DNA from: Eledone cirrhosa
Lineage: Eukaryota
Assembly: GCA_964016885.1 (NCBI GenBank)
Contig: OZ024741.1
Span: 90,644,001 to 90,708,000, forward strand
DNA: 64,000 bases
Direction: 5' to 3'
Shown here: piece after piece, positions 1-11,635 of the stretch
How positions within the stretch are numbered: the first letter of the stretch is position 1
Layout: each line of letters opens with the position of its first letter
Notes under the pieces: generated by a model
The model's input: only the letters and a program-made list of their open reading frames with translations
The model's database searches: none
Told to the model about the DNA's origin: nothing
Translations under genes and position numbers: made by a program

Positions 1-310
1 AACAATATCAACATCAGTGACAACAAGAATAACAACAACAATAACAGCAATAATGACAACACCACCAACACGGATAATTCCACAAAGAAACCGAAAATCT
101 CCTTTGCACAGACAGTTCAGAAAAAGGAGGGATTAACATATCTCGACATAACAAATGCCGAACAACTTTTAAAGGACGCTAGGAGATATGTTACCTTCGA
201 AAAGAATGGTGCTTTCAGCATCAATTCTCCGGTAGAAATTCGCTTTCAAAACTGCTCTCAAAACGATAGTTTTTAGGACAGTTTCTAATTCTACCCGAAA
301 ACCAGTCCAA

Positions 311-1594
311 TTGTCACAGAAAGAAATTGAACTGGTTTTCAAAAATTCAATGAATGATATTTCATTCATTCAAAGAAGCAAACTCTTTGGGAGTATTTCG
401 GTACTCATGAAGGATCAATTGACGGCCCAAAATTACTCTGTGTCACCAATTGTATCCAACCTGTATACCTTTTTCCCTACATACATGGGAAAAAGGACAC
501 AAAAGATTAGAATCACGAGTGTCACACCAAAGGTAAACATATGGTGGATACTGTGCGGCTTCATCAATTTTGATGAAGACAAAATACTTTCAGTAGGAAA
601 GTCCCCCAGAGATGTATTCAATGGGACTAGCGTTGAAGTTCTGATGCAAATGAGCCCAGAGCGAATAGTTATGATCCCACAACGTGTACTCCTGGACGGA
701 CTCACCTACATAAACTTTTCGGTTGAGGGTAGGCGGCCTTCATGTTACCACTGCTTAATTAATGAGTCAAAAAAGGATCTTCTGCCGACACCTATCAAAA
801 CAACACAACCACCAACACCACCACAACAACAACAACACCAACACACAAAAATAACCACAACAAACACAGTCCCACCTAACTCCACTCCACCTAAAACCAC
901 TGCAAAATCACATACAGACACAACAGCTCCCCAAGACATACCTCTCCCCAATCAGACAGACGATACAACAGATGAAGCTATCTCGCCATCACCCAATGAA
1001 GACGAGGGAGAACCCCATCGCTCGAAAAGAAAGAAAATACATCACAAAAGCAAAAAACCAGCAAACACTACCACAAACATACAACCACCAACACAAACAA
1101 CAAAAACATCACAAACAAAACCCCCACCTCCTGAAAACAAAATACCTACAACAAAACGAAAGCACACACAAGAACTACAGACAAAAACAAACACAACACA
1201 AGAAAATTACACTTACACTTACATAAACACTGAAAACAAAACACTAATGGAGACCATCACGAACATCCCTTCGGTTTTCACCGAAGGGAAAACTTTCGGC
1301 CACTCTATTAAAAATAACAAAAAACTGAACCTAAAACTGATTAGGGTCCCTATACAAACTTATAGGTCCCTAAATGAAACATTTGAAAAGGATGTGGGGA
1401 ATTCCTGCGGGAAACCACTTAACCGCGTCCTTCTCAAATGTCTTCCCACCCCAGACACCCCCATCCCACCATACCCCACCCCACCAAACATCTCCGTCCC
1501 CACCCTGCCGGAAACCACCACCCACCCAGACAACCCCTCCAACACCCCCATGGAAATCGTGCAGCCTGGTCCTCAGAAGACGAAGGGTGAGTGA
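311..1594 (+). pseudogene. Family B ORF1 (nucleic-acid-binding, gag-like), knuckle truncated, N-terminus frameshifted
   Basis: 427-aa ORF with CYHC but no H/C of a full knuckle, then a P/T-rich linker and a C-terminal block homologous to family A ORF1. N-rich upstream sequence lies in another frame. Confidence 0.75.
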
Positions 1595-1627
1595 TCTCTT
1601 TTCCTCTTTTAACTTTTCAGCACCAAC

Positions 1628-2785
1628 ATGGCCAATATAAGAGTTGGATGTGTGAACGTACGCGGCCTGGGGATGCCCTGGAAACAGGGCAAACACTTAA
1701 ACGACCTCAGGTCGCACAGTATGGATGTAGTAGCCATTTGCGAGTCCAGGACCCACAGCGAGCGACAGCTAGCCCCCATCTTCGATGAATTTTAGATCTA
1801 CGCATCTCTCTGTCGGCCGGGGGGTGGGGGCGGGGTTGCCGTTTTGCTGCGAAAACATCTGGGCCTCGTAACACAGACGGTACATCTGGACCCGGAGGGT
1901 CGACTGGTGGTCCTAGATGTTGACGGTAGTGAAAGGTGGAGCCTTCAGGCTGGTGGCTGCATATGCCCCATCCGGGACACCGCGGCCAGACTTCTTCAAA
2001 CGTCTAGAGACTTTTCTGGGAACATCGCGCTCCTTGCTTTTAGTGGGGGACTGGAATGGAATCCTAGATGCACGTTGCAGAGGCAATTAGAAGTGGCAAC
2101 AAGTCCACGATTCGGTCTTTGAAGGACAAAAACGGACGCGTGTTACGTGAGCCGAAGCAGATGTGTGCGGCCTTTCAGCGGCACTTTGCTCAACTATTCG
2201 GGCGGGGCGGCGCGCCGGGAGGGGCTATGGATTTCGGTCCATACCTCGACGGCCTACCGCGACTCTCTGACAGCGAGGCAAAGTTCTGCGAAAAGCCGAT
2301 TTCAGCCGCTGAAATAGGGGACGCGCTGAGCCAACGCGGCAAAAGCAAATCTCCAGGTCTCGACGGTCTACCGTACGAATTTTACGTAGCAATGCCGGAC
2401 TTATTCTCCGGTCTCTTGGAAGCGGTCTACTGCAACTGGAAACAGAACGGGAGAATTCCCAGTTCTGTAACCGAGGGCGTAGTCACACTAGTCAGGAAGG
2501 ACGAGAATAAGGGGGATGACATAGGCAACTTCCGGCCCATAACTCTGCTAAATACAGAGTTACAGATTTTGGCCAAGGTGTTGGCAAAGAGGCTGGCGCT
2601 TGTCGTCGGGAACCTGGTGGGAGAAGCGCAAACATGCGCAATCCCGTCCAGGTCCATACACGACAACCTCCACCTCATGCGATACATCATAGAGAGGGTA
2701 GGGTGTAAACCCGGCTTCGGTGGGGCCCTGATTAACTTGGATCAGTCTAAGGCTTTCGATAGGGTTGACCATCGTTACCTGGATG
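1628..2785 (+). pseudogene. Family B ORF2 remnant (APE N-terminus + RT N-terminal half)
   Basis: APE and RT motifs are collinear with family A ORF2. There is an internal stop, frameshifts and a deletion of several hundred bp at 2070-2074 (GCACG). Confidence 0.85.
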
Positions 2786-3251
2786 CGTTTGAAAGGGCTG
2801 AAGACGAGCACTTACCTCTTCGGTGATGCCCTGATTGACTTTTTCAAATTTCATTTGAAAATAAAATCAGAGTAGAGAGGGAAGTGCTCTCTTCCCAGCA
2901 TTTTGTTGAAAGATGGGTGAGAGAAGCAAGAATGGCCCGAGTGAATGGGCCTACTCTGAGTATATATCTGTAAATTAAAGGTGGGAAACTGGGAGAGGGC
3001 ACTTGCCTTGGTGCTCAGGGTCATTGTGGCTTTTTACTGGGCTTTCTCCACAAATGTCCCTCCGAAGTCTCCCCCCTATTGGGGAATTTTTCATTGTTAT
3101 TTTTTTGTTACATCCTCTGTTTTTGTTTTTTACACGCAGAAATGCCCATTTGTACCGTCCTGCATTGTCCTGCACTGTCCTTAATGTCTACTTTATGTAA
3201 ACCCTTGTGGTTAATAAAGAAATCATTATTATTATTATTATTATTATTATT
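2786..3251 (+). mobile_element. 3' terminal fragment of family A Tx1 element (unit 0) with (ATT)9 tail
   Basis: Near-identical to 8829-9293 (end of ORF2, 3' UTR, AATAAA at 3213, (ATT)9 at 3225-3251). Confidence 0.95.
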
Positions 3252-3466
3252 GAATGCCATGGTTGACGGAGGCTCGGCTCTGTAAGGTATAGTAATTTTT
3301 AACCGTTAAAACAATTGTAAATTGTTTAAAACTTGAACCAAATTGTTGATAAAGACACCCTCCTCCTCGTGAGAGGGGTCTTTCTGTCCGTTATTTGGCC
3401 CTTCGGGGTTAAATAACCAGTTATTGGGGTTTTGTACCCAATATTCATTTTAAACAAAAAAACAAC

Positions 3467-5570
3467 ATGGCTACGAAAAAGAAATTTCATACGTCACTCC
3501 CACTCATTCCGTCTTCTTCTTCCTCAATCATCACTACAGCAGAGAGAAGATTGTCTCTCTCCCTCCCTTCTTTAAATGTGTCTCTCTCCCTCCCTTCTCT
3601 TTCGCAAGTGACGAAAGAAAAGAAAAGTCTCGTGCAAAGCGTGCAAGGTTTCTCCACGACGACGACGACAGCGACGAAACAGGTGTGCGGGAAATACGAA
3701 AACCCAGTTCATTCGTCTGACGTCAGGAATAATAGCAGTAGCAGCCGTAATAACAACAGCAACAGTGACAATGAAAACAACAGTAGCAGCCGCAACAGCA
3801 TCACCAGCAGCATAAAACAACAACAGCATTAGCAGCAGCAACACCAACAACAACCACAGCAACAGCGGCGGAGGCAGTAGTCGTAGTACCTGCAGCAACA
3901 ACAAAAGTACCAGCAGCTCTGACGACAACAACAACCATAGCAGCAAAGAAAAACCAATCTCATTTGCAGGCATTGCGAAAAACTTGGAAACAATCCTCAT
4001 AACAAATGAGGAATTAGAGGAAGCGAAGAAGATGGTGACAAAGAATGGACACCGAGCAATCTGCAAGGCAGCGGAAAAGTTTTTCGAAACCCAACAGCAC
4101 TGTACGGTCACGTACCGTACAGTAAGTACAAAATCCCGTAGGGTGGAAAGAGCCACAGAGGCTCAGATACAAAAAGCCTTGGGGTCTGTGTGGCAGCGGA
4201 AAACGCACATCACCCGAGGCAAAAAATATGCCACCGTAGACGTACTTTTTGCCACACCCCAGGAGGCAAAGGCCCAATCAGTAGTGACCCTAAGGAGCGA
4301 GGAAATGGTGTTGGTGCCCTCCTACTGCGGGCAAAAAATTGTGAGGGTCAAACTGACCCACGTCCCCCCCGGAATGGCCCCTTCTTGGCTGGCCGCGTCT
4401 GTCCTCGTCGGAATCGAGGACAAAACAACTGTACTGCAAGTACAGAAAAAAGTAAGAGAAGATTGGGTCGGCACCTCCATTGAGATGCTAATCCAAACCA
4501 ACCAGGAGTGCATCGAAGCTATCCCGGATGTGATAGACTTCGATAACGGCACTCAACTGCCCATAAGTGTTGAGGGAAAACGCCCGAAATGCTTTCGCTG
4601 TGGATCGAAGACTCACCTCAGGGCCTTCTGCAACGAGAAGACCCTGAGAAAGGAGAAAACCCCCCTCCTTCCGAATCCGGCTCCACGGCTACCAGCAACA
4701 GGACAAGCGGCAACCAGGAACGATAGGTCCGTGGCACCCATACCCACGCCACGGAAATCAAAAACAGCAGCAGCAGTGGAAATATTAACAACAACAACAG
4801 CAATACCAAATGCAGCTGCAACAGAGACTCCAGTGCAAACATCACCAACAATAACAAGTGAAAGAGTGGAGCTGGTACCCCTCCCCGACCTCACAGAATC
4901 AGACATGGAGTGTGAGGTGGGAGAGGGATGGCAAAAGGTCGTAAGAAGGCACAAACGCAGAAGCAGCGCATCGTCGCCTTTGAAAAGGGAGGAAAGAAAT
5001 GAGAAAAGGGTAAAGTCTACTGCAAAGAGACCCACAGCAGCAACAACACCAACACCATCACCACCCACACTAGCACCACCATCACCACCGGCGACAACCC
5101 CACCGCCAACAACACCTTCAACACCACCACCACAAGCACCAACATCGCAAACACAACAACAAAACACACACACCCAGCAACAACGACAAGAAAATAGCAG
5201 AACCACACCCCACCCCCAGAAAAACAAATGCACGGCAATAAATACACACAACAAGAAACTAATGACTTACATAATTGAACACACAGACATTTCACAACAG
5301 GACTACATAATACCAGCACCAATCAAAACGCCAACTAACATAAGACTGCTAAAAATAGCACAGAAACAATACACAAACATTAAAACGAAATTCCCCAACG
5401 CAGTTGGTGATTTCAGGGACCTAGGAGGAACCATCAATCGAAGAGTATATTCAGACATTCTCTTAGAAGAGCCGACGACCAGCCGAAGGGACGATTCAAC
5501 GGTCCCTTCACCAGACGATCAAGTGAAAAGGGATGTAAAAACCATCCCTCCTCTACCAAAAGTACGGTAA
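3467..5570 (+). pseudogene. Unit 1 ORF1, frameshifted
   Basis: Split into 3467..3832 and 3984..5570 by an extra A (cataaaacaa vs cataaacaac in other units). Confidence 0.9.
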
Positions 5571-5605
5571 GTGGTCTTTCCCATCTTTTCCACTCTATTT
5601 TAAAC

Positions 5606-8600
5606 ATGACCTCACTCAGAATAGGCAGCATAAATGCGCGTGGCTTGGGGTCGTCATGGAAGCAGGGTCACCTGCTCAACGACCTCAGGTCACTAAACAT
5701 AGATGTAGTGGCCATCAGCGAGACCAGAATCTCCGAAGCACGGGCCTTCACACCGATCTTCGGCGGCTACGATGTGTACGCATCTCCCAACCGTCCTGGA
5801 TCGGGTGGAGGAGTTGCTGTGCTTTTTCGGAGAGGTTTGGATCTCGCCATACGGGCCATCTTCCTGGACCCAGAGGGTAAGCTGGTGGTGCTGGACGTGA
5901 CCAGGGCAAGCTTTCAGGCTAGTGGCCGTCTATGCCCCGACAGGAGCAGGGCGGCCTGATTTCTTCCGGCGTCTGGAGACCTTTCTTGGAACGTCCCGCT
6001 CTTTAGTGTTAGTGGGCGACTGGAACGGGATCTTAGATGCATGCTGGGACTGTGTGGGATTAGCGGATAGGGGTGGAGGGTGCAAGAGCCTCACCAACCT
6101 TCTCAGGCGTTTTGAACTGTCTGACAGGTACCGATTGGATTTCCCGAATGCGCCAACGTGGACTTGGACAAATCGCATAGGGTCATCCAGATCATATCTA
6201 GATAGAGTATTTTGTAGGGAAATAGATAGGTCTAGCATAGGCTGTCCACAATTCAAGATAGTCAGCTACACGGACCACAAATTCGTGATCTGTGTGCTTG
6301 ACTTAGATAGGCTTCATAGACGAGGACCCGGCTACTGGAAGCTAAACGCGTCCTTACCAGCGCGCAAGGCCTACAGAGACCGGATTAGCGAACTAGTTAA
6401 GCGGGCGTTGACAGGGGCCATCGTCAACAACAAGTGGTGGTTTGCTCTGAAAAGAGCGATTAGAATAGAATCCATTAGGTTTAGTAAGGCTTTAGCAATA
6501 GAGAAAAATAGAGCAGAGGGAGAACTAGTTAGAAAATTAGACGAGGCGCTTAGAAAAGGCATTGCGACCGACGTGCTTGCGGCGAAATTGGCCCTTGACC
6601 AATTCTTCAATGCAAAGCACGAAGGCTGCGTTGTCAGAGCAAGGGTGCGTGCTCTCAGACACGAGGGGACGAAAGCTGTTCAATGGGCCCGAGTGGCGGA
6701 GGCGCATCGTGGCAACAAAGCCACGATCCGGTCTTTGGTGGACCACGACGGGCGAATGCTACTCGATCCCGGGCAAATGTGTGAAGCTTTTCAGCGACAC
6801 TTCGCTCAGCTGTTCGGGGGCACCGGTGGGCCGGGTCGAGGGATGGACTTTAGTGTCTACCTCGACGGACTGCCGTGGCTCTCGGCCACTGAGGCGAAGT
6901 GTTGCGAAAGGCCGATAACAGCCGCTGAAGTAAGGGAGGCAATGACTGGCTGCACAAGGGGTAAATCGCCTGGTTTGGATGGTCTGCCCTATGAACTTTA
7001 CGTACAGATGACAGACTTGTTCGGAGGCATCTTGGCGGACGTCTAATGCAACTGGCAACAGAACGGGAGAATTCTCAGTTCTGTGAGCCGAGGAGCTGTG
7101 GCACTGCTGAGAAAGGATCCGAACAAGGGGGATAACATAGAACATTTCCAGCCCATAACTCTGCTAAACACAGAGTTTAAGATTTTGGCCAAGGTGCTAG
7201 CAAAGAGGTTGGCGCTTGTCGTTGGTGGTCTGGTGGGAGAGGCGCAGACATGCGCCATTACCGACAGATCCATCCACGACAACCTCCACCTCATGCGATA
7301 CATCGTAGAGAGGGTAGCTAGGGAACCTGACACGGGTGGGTCCTTGATCAATTTAGATCAGTCGAAAGCTTTCGATAGGGTCGACCATCGTTACCTAGCG
7401 GCAGTCCTGAGGGCGGCTGGCTTTGGGCCCGTCTTCAGAGGCTGGATCGCTGCCATGCACAGCGACATCTGCTCTGTGGTGAGAGTGAACGGTCACCTGT
7501 CGGAACCGTTCAACATCATGCGCTCGGTCCGCCAAGGATGTCCCCTCTCGTCCCTCTTGTACGTATTGACTCTCGAGCCATTACTGCACAAACTGGAGAC
7601 GTTGAGGGGCGTCCCGCGCGAACTAGGATGCGGAAGATCCGTGTCAGCATATGCGGACGATGTCACCGTAGTGGTGTCGAACGCCAAACACATCGAGGCG
7701 ATCGGCACTACACTAAGAGAATACGAAGCGGTGACAGGAGCAATGATCAACCAGCAAAAAGTCAGTGGGCCTGCAGCTCGGCACCTGGAGAGGCAGGTCC
7801 ATGCCGTCCAACAGCGTCGTCGGACGCTGGACGGACGGACCGGTTAAATTGCTAGGGGTCTGGTTCGGTCCGGACCTCCAGACGGACAAAAACTGGGACG
7901 AGGTGACGAGCAGGGTGGCTTCTCTCACCCAGAAATGGGCGGAGAGGAAGCTATCCCAGAAAGGTCGAGCGGAGGTGGCTAACGCGTACATCGCGTCTGT
8001 CATCTGCTACCGCCTGACCGTCGTACCTTGTCCTAAGCCTCGCCTGACTGCGCTGGAGCGTTTGCTCTTTCGCTTTTTGTGGAAGGGACGTGCTCCGATG
8101 GTCAGGCGGTCCATCTGTTGTCAACACCCGCTACGTGGAGGGCTGGGCATGCCGTGGCTGATGATGCGCAGGCACGCGCTCAGGCTACGACATCTCCACC
8201 TCTTCCTCGACGGTGATCAGGTGTGGTCGCCGTTTGCTAGACGCGTATTTCCCCAGCTCGTTTCCTTGACGGAGCTGCAGTCCTGGGTCAAGCGAAGACC
8301 GAGAGGGAGCGCCTGGAGACTGGAATGTCTTCAGGCGCTCACAGCCCTCGACCAATCGGGCAATGTGATCGGTGGAAACTCCACCTCGGCGTTCTATAGA
8401 GGATTAGTGGAGGGGAAGAGCGACGACGTACTTGGGGAAACTCTAGGCGTCGACGAAAATCAACTAGCCAATCTCTTCGGAAGAACTTTCGGGCCAGGGC
8501 CTATGGACAACTTCCAGAAATCTCTGGCCTGGCAGTGCTACCGAGGAGCCTTGCCAGTTCGGGATAAACTCTACAGGCATGGAGGTGCCGTCAGCCGGGC

Positions 8601-9018
8601 ATGTCCGAGATGCGCGCAGGGCGACGAAACCGTCCTGCACGCACTCGTCCAGTGTCCGAAAATTGCTGACTTGTGGGTTTATGTCGAACGCCTGCTGTCG
8701 CGTTTAGGACGGATCCGGCTATCATCTGAGTCCATCGTGAGGATTGCCCCGCCCTCCTCCTTTAGCCGGGAAGGGCAGGCAGTTTTTATCTGTCTGGTGG
8801 CCATGGCGAAAGAGATAGTATGGTGGACACGTTTGAAAGGGCTGAAGACGAGCACTTACCTCTTCGGTGATGCTCTGATTGACTTTTTCAAATTTCATTT
8901 GAAAAGGAAAATCAGAGTAGAGAGGGAAGTGCTCTCTTCCCAGCATTTTGTTGAAAGATGGGTGAGAGAAGCAAGAATGGCCCGAGTGAATGGGCCTACT
9001 CTGAGTATATATCTGTAA
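5606..9018 (+). pseudogene. Unit 1 ORF2 (APE-RT-zf), disrupted
   Basis: Four ORF pieces (5606, 5922, 7083, 7765) concatenate to the 1139-aa ORF2 of units 2/3. Confidence 0.95.
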
Positions 9019-9506
9019 ATTAAAGGTGGAAAACTGGGAGAGGGCACTTGCCTTGGTGCTCAGGGTCATTGTGGCTTTTTACTGGGCTTTCTCCACAAAT
9101 GTCCCTCCGAAGTCTCCCCCCTATTGGGGAATTTTTCATTGTTATTTTTTTGTTACATCCTCTGTTTTTGTTTTTTACACGCAGAAATGCCCATTTGTAC
9201 CGTCCTGCATTGTCCTGCACTGTCCTTAATGTCTACTTTATGTAAACCCTTGTGGTTAATAAAGAAATCATTATTATTATTATTATTATTATTGAATGCC
9301 ATGGTTGACGGAGGCTCGGCTCTGTAAGGTATAGTAATTTTTAACCGTTAAAACAATTGTAAATTGTTTAAAACTTGAACCAAATTGTTGATAAAGACAC
9401 CCTCCTCCTCGTGAGAGGGGTCTTTCTGTCCGTTATTTGGCCCTTCGGGGTTAAATAACCAGTTATTGGGGTTTTGTACCCAAAATTTCATTTTAAACAA
9501 AAAAAC

Positions 9507-11600
9507 ATGGCTACGAAAAAGAAATTTCATACGTCACTCCCACTCATTCCGTCTTCTTCTTCCTCAATCATCACTACAGCAGAGAGAAGATTGTCTCTCT
9601 CCCTCCCTTCTTTAAATGTGTCTCTCTCCCTCCCTTCTCTTTCGCAAGTGACGAAAGAAAAGAAAAGTCTCGTGCAAAGCGTGCAAGGTTTCTCCACGAC
9701 GACGACGACAGCGACGAAACAGGTGTGCGGGAAATACGAAAACCCAGTTCATTCGTCTGACGTCAGGAATAATAGCAGTAGCAGCCGTAATAACAACAGC
9801 AACAGTGACAATGAAAACAACAGTAGCAGCCGCAACAGCATCACCAGCAGCATAAACAACAACAGCATTAGCAGCAGCAACACCAACAACAACCACAGCA
9901 ACAGCGGCGGAGGCAGTAGTCGTAGTACCTGCAGCAACAACAAAAGTACCAGCAGCTCTGACGACAACAACAACAGCAGAGAAAAACCAATCTCATTTGC
10001 AGGTATTGCGAAAAACTTGGAAACAATCCTCATAACAAATGAGGAATTAGAGGAAGCGAAGAAGATGGTGACAAAGAACGGACACCGAGCAATCTGCAAG
10101 GCAGCGAAAAATTTTTTCGAAACCCAAGAGCACTGTACGGTCACGTACCGTACAGTAAGTACAAAATCCCGTAGGGTGGAAAGAGCCACAGAGGCCCAAA
10201 TACAAAAAGCCTTGGGGTCTGTATGGCAGCGGAAAACGCACATCACCCGAGGCAAAAAATATGCCACCGTAGACGTACTTTTTGCCACACCCCAGGAGGC
10301 AAAGGCCCAATCAGTAGTGACCCTAAGGAGCGAGGAAATGGTGTTGGTGCCCTCCTACTGTGGGCAAAAAATTGTGAGGGTCAAACTGACCCACGTCCCC
10401 CCCGGAATGACCCCTTCTTGGCTGGCCGCGTCTGTCCTCGTCGGAATCGAGGACAAAACAACTGTACTGCAAGTACAAAAAAAAGTAAGAGAAGATTGGG
10501 TCGGCTCCTCCATTGAGATGCTAATCCAAACCAACCAGGAGTGCATCGAAGCTATCCCGGATGTGATAGACTTCGATAACGGCACTCAACTGCCCATAAG
10601 TGTTGAGGGCAAACGCCCGAAATGCTTTCGCTGTGGATCGAAGACTCACCTCAGGGCCTTCTGCAACGAGAAGACCCTGAGAAAGGAGAAAACCCCCCTC
10701 CTTCCGAATCCGGCTCCACGGCTACCAGCAACAGGACAAGCGGCAACCAGGAACGATAGGCCCGTGGCACCCATACCCACTCCACGGAAATCAAAAACAG
10801 CAGCAGCAGTGGAAATACTAACAACAACAACAGCAATACCAAATGCAGCTGCAACAGAGACTCCAGTGCAAACATCACCAACAACAACAAGTGAAAGAGT
10901 GGAGTTGGTACCCCTCCCCGACCTCACAGAATCAGACATGGAGTGTGAGGTGGGAGAGAGATGGCAAAAGGTCGTAAGAAGGCACAAACGCAGAAGCAGC
11001 GCATCGTCGCCTTTGAAAAGGGAGGAAAGAAATGAGAAAAGGGTAAAGTCTACTGCAAAGAGACCCACAGCAGCAACAACACCAACACCATCACCACCCA
11101 CAATAGCGCCACCATCACCACCGGCGACAACCCCACCGCCAACAACACCTTCAACACCACCACAACCACCAACATCGCAAACACAACAACAAAACACACA
11201 CACCCAGCAACAACGACAAGAAAATAGCAGAACCACACCCCACCCCCAGAAAAACAAATGCACGGCAATAAATACACACAACAAGAAACTAATGACTTAC
11301 ATAATTGAACACACAGACATTTCACAACAGGACTACATAATACCAGCACCAATCAAAACGCCAACTAACATAAGACTGCTAAAAATAGCACAGAAACAAT
11401 ACACAAACATTAAAACGAAATTCCCCAACGCAGTTGGTGATTTCAGGGACCTAGGAGGAACCATCAATCGAAGAGTATACTCAGACATTCTCTTAGAAGA
11501 GCCGATGACCAGCCGAAGGGACGATTCAACGGTCCCTTCACCAGACGATCAAGTGAAAAGGGATGTAAAAACCATCCCTCCTCTACCAAAAGTACGGTAA
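9507..11600 (+). CDS. ORF1 protein (697 aa): S/N-rich N-terminus, RRM-like region, CCHC zinc knuckle, P/T linker, C-terminal domain
   Basis: ATG at 9507 matches the other units. CFRCGSKTHLRAFC = CX2CX4HX4C, typical of Tx1/L1-clade ORF1. Confidence 0.9.
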   Translation: MATKKKFHTSLPLIPSSSSSIITTAERRLSLSLPSLNVSLSLPSLSQVTKEKKSLVQSVQGFSTTTTTATKQVCGKYENPVHSSDVRNNSSSSRNNNSNSDNENNSSSRNSITSSINNNSISSSNTNNNHSNSGGGSSRSTCSNNKSTSSSDDNNNSREKPISFAGIAKNLETILITNEELEEAKKMVTKNGHRAICKAAKNFFETQEHCTVTYRTVSTKSRRVERATEAQIQKALGSVWQRKTHITRGKKYATVDVLFATPQEAKAQSVVTLRSEEMVLVPSYCGQKIVRVKLTHVPPGMTPSWLAASVLVGIEDKTTVLQVQKKVREDWVGSSIEMLIQTNQECIEAIPDVIDFDNGTQLPISVEGKRPKCFRCGSKTHLRAFCNEKTLRKEKTPLLPNPAPRLPATGQAATRNDRPVAPIPTPRKSKTAAAVEILTTTTAIPNAAATETPVQTSPTTTSERVELVPLPDLTESDMECEVGERWQKVVRRHKRRSSASSPLKREERNEKRVKSTAKRPTAATTPTPSPPTIAPPSPPATTPPPTTPSTPPQPPTSQTQQQNTHTQQQRQENSRTTPHPQKNKCTAINTHNKKLMTYIIEHTDISQQDYIIPAPIKTPTNIRLLKIAQKQYTNIKTKFPNAVGDFRDLGGTINRRVYSDILLEEPMTSRRDDSTVPSPDDQVKRDVKTIPPLPKVR

Positions 11601-11635
11601 GTGGTCTTTCCCATCTTTTCCACTCTATTTTAAAC

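Larger units (their letters stand above)
1..2785 (+). mobile_element. Decayed Tx1/L1-clade LINE, divergent family B (5' end outside window)
   Basis: ORF1-like 311..1594 is similar to family A ORF1 (SVEGRRPSCYHC vs SVEGKRPKCFRC; shared C-terminal block). ORF2 remnant starts at ATG 1628 (NVRGL, LDPEGRLVVLDV, VGDWNGILDA) and has stops/frameshifts. A deletion at ~2072 jumps to linker/RT (KSPGLDG, RPITLLN, DQSKAFDRVDH in 2068..2826). Confidence 0.9.
3252..9293 (+). mobile_element. Tx1-clade non-LTR retrotransposon, family A unit 1 (full length, inactivated)
   Basis: Starts GAATGCCATGG and ends (ATT)8. ORF1 is frameshifted at ~3815. ORF2 has an 8-nt deletion at ~5904, TAA at 7044-7046 and a +1 frameshift at ~7755. 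Confidence 0.95.

Noticed and set aside
3280-3305. Spliced-leader RNA or snRNA target (AAG|GTATAG plus Sm-like AATTTTT)
   Set aside because: No recognisable U1/U2/5S/tRNA/SL sequence, and the segment is absent after the last unit, so it behaves as element 5' UTR.
3280-3325. Hammerhead in the Tx1 5' UTR (AAAC-AATT-GTA)
   Set aside because: No CUGANGA-type core or helix I.
3351-3420. HDV-like ribozyme in the Tx1 5' UTR (contains TCCTCGT, an L3-like string)
   Set aside because: P3 does not close (TCC vs GAG), and there is no P1/P2 pseudoknot or GG for P1.1; a simple hairpin explains it.
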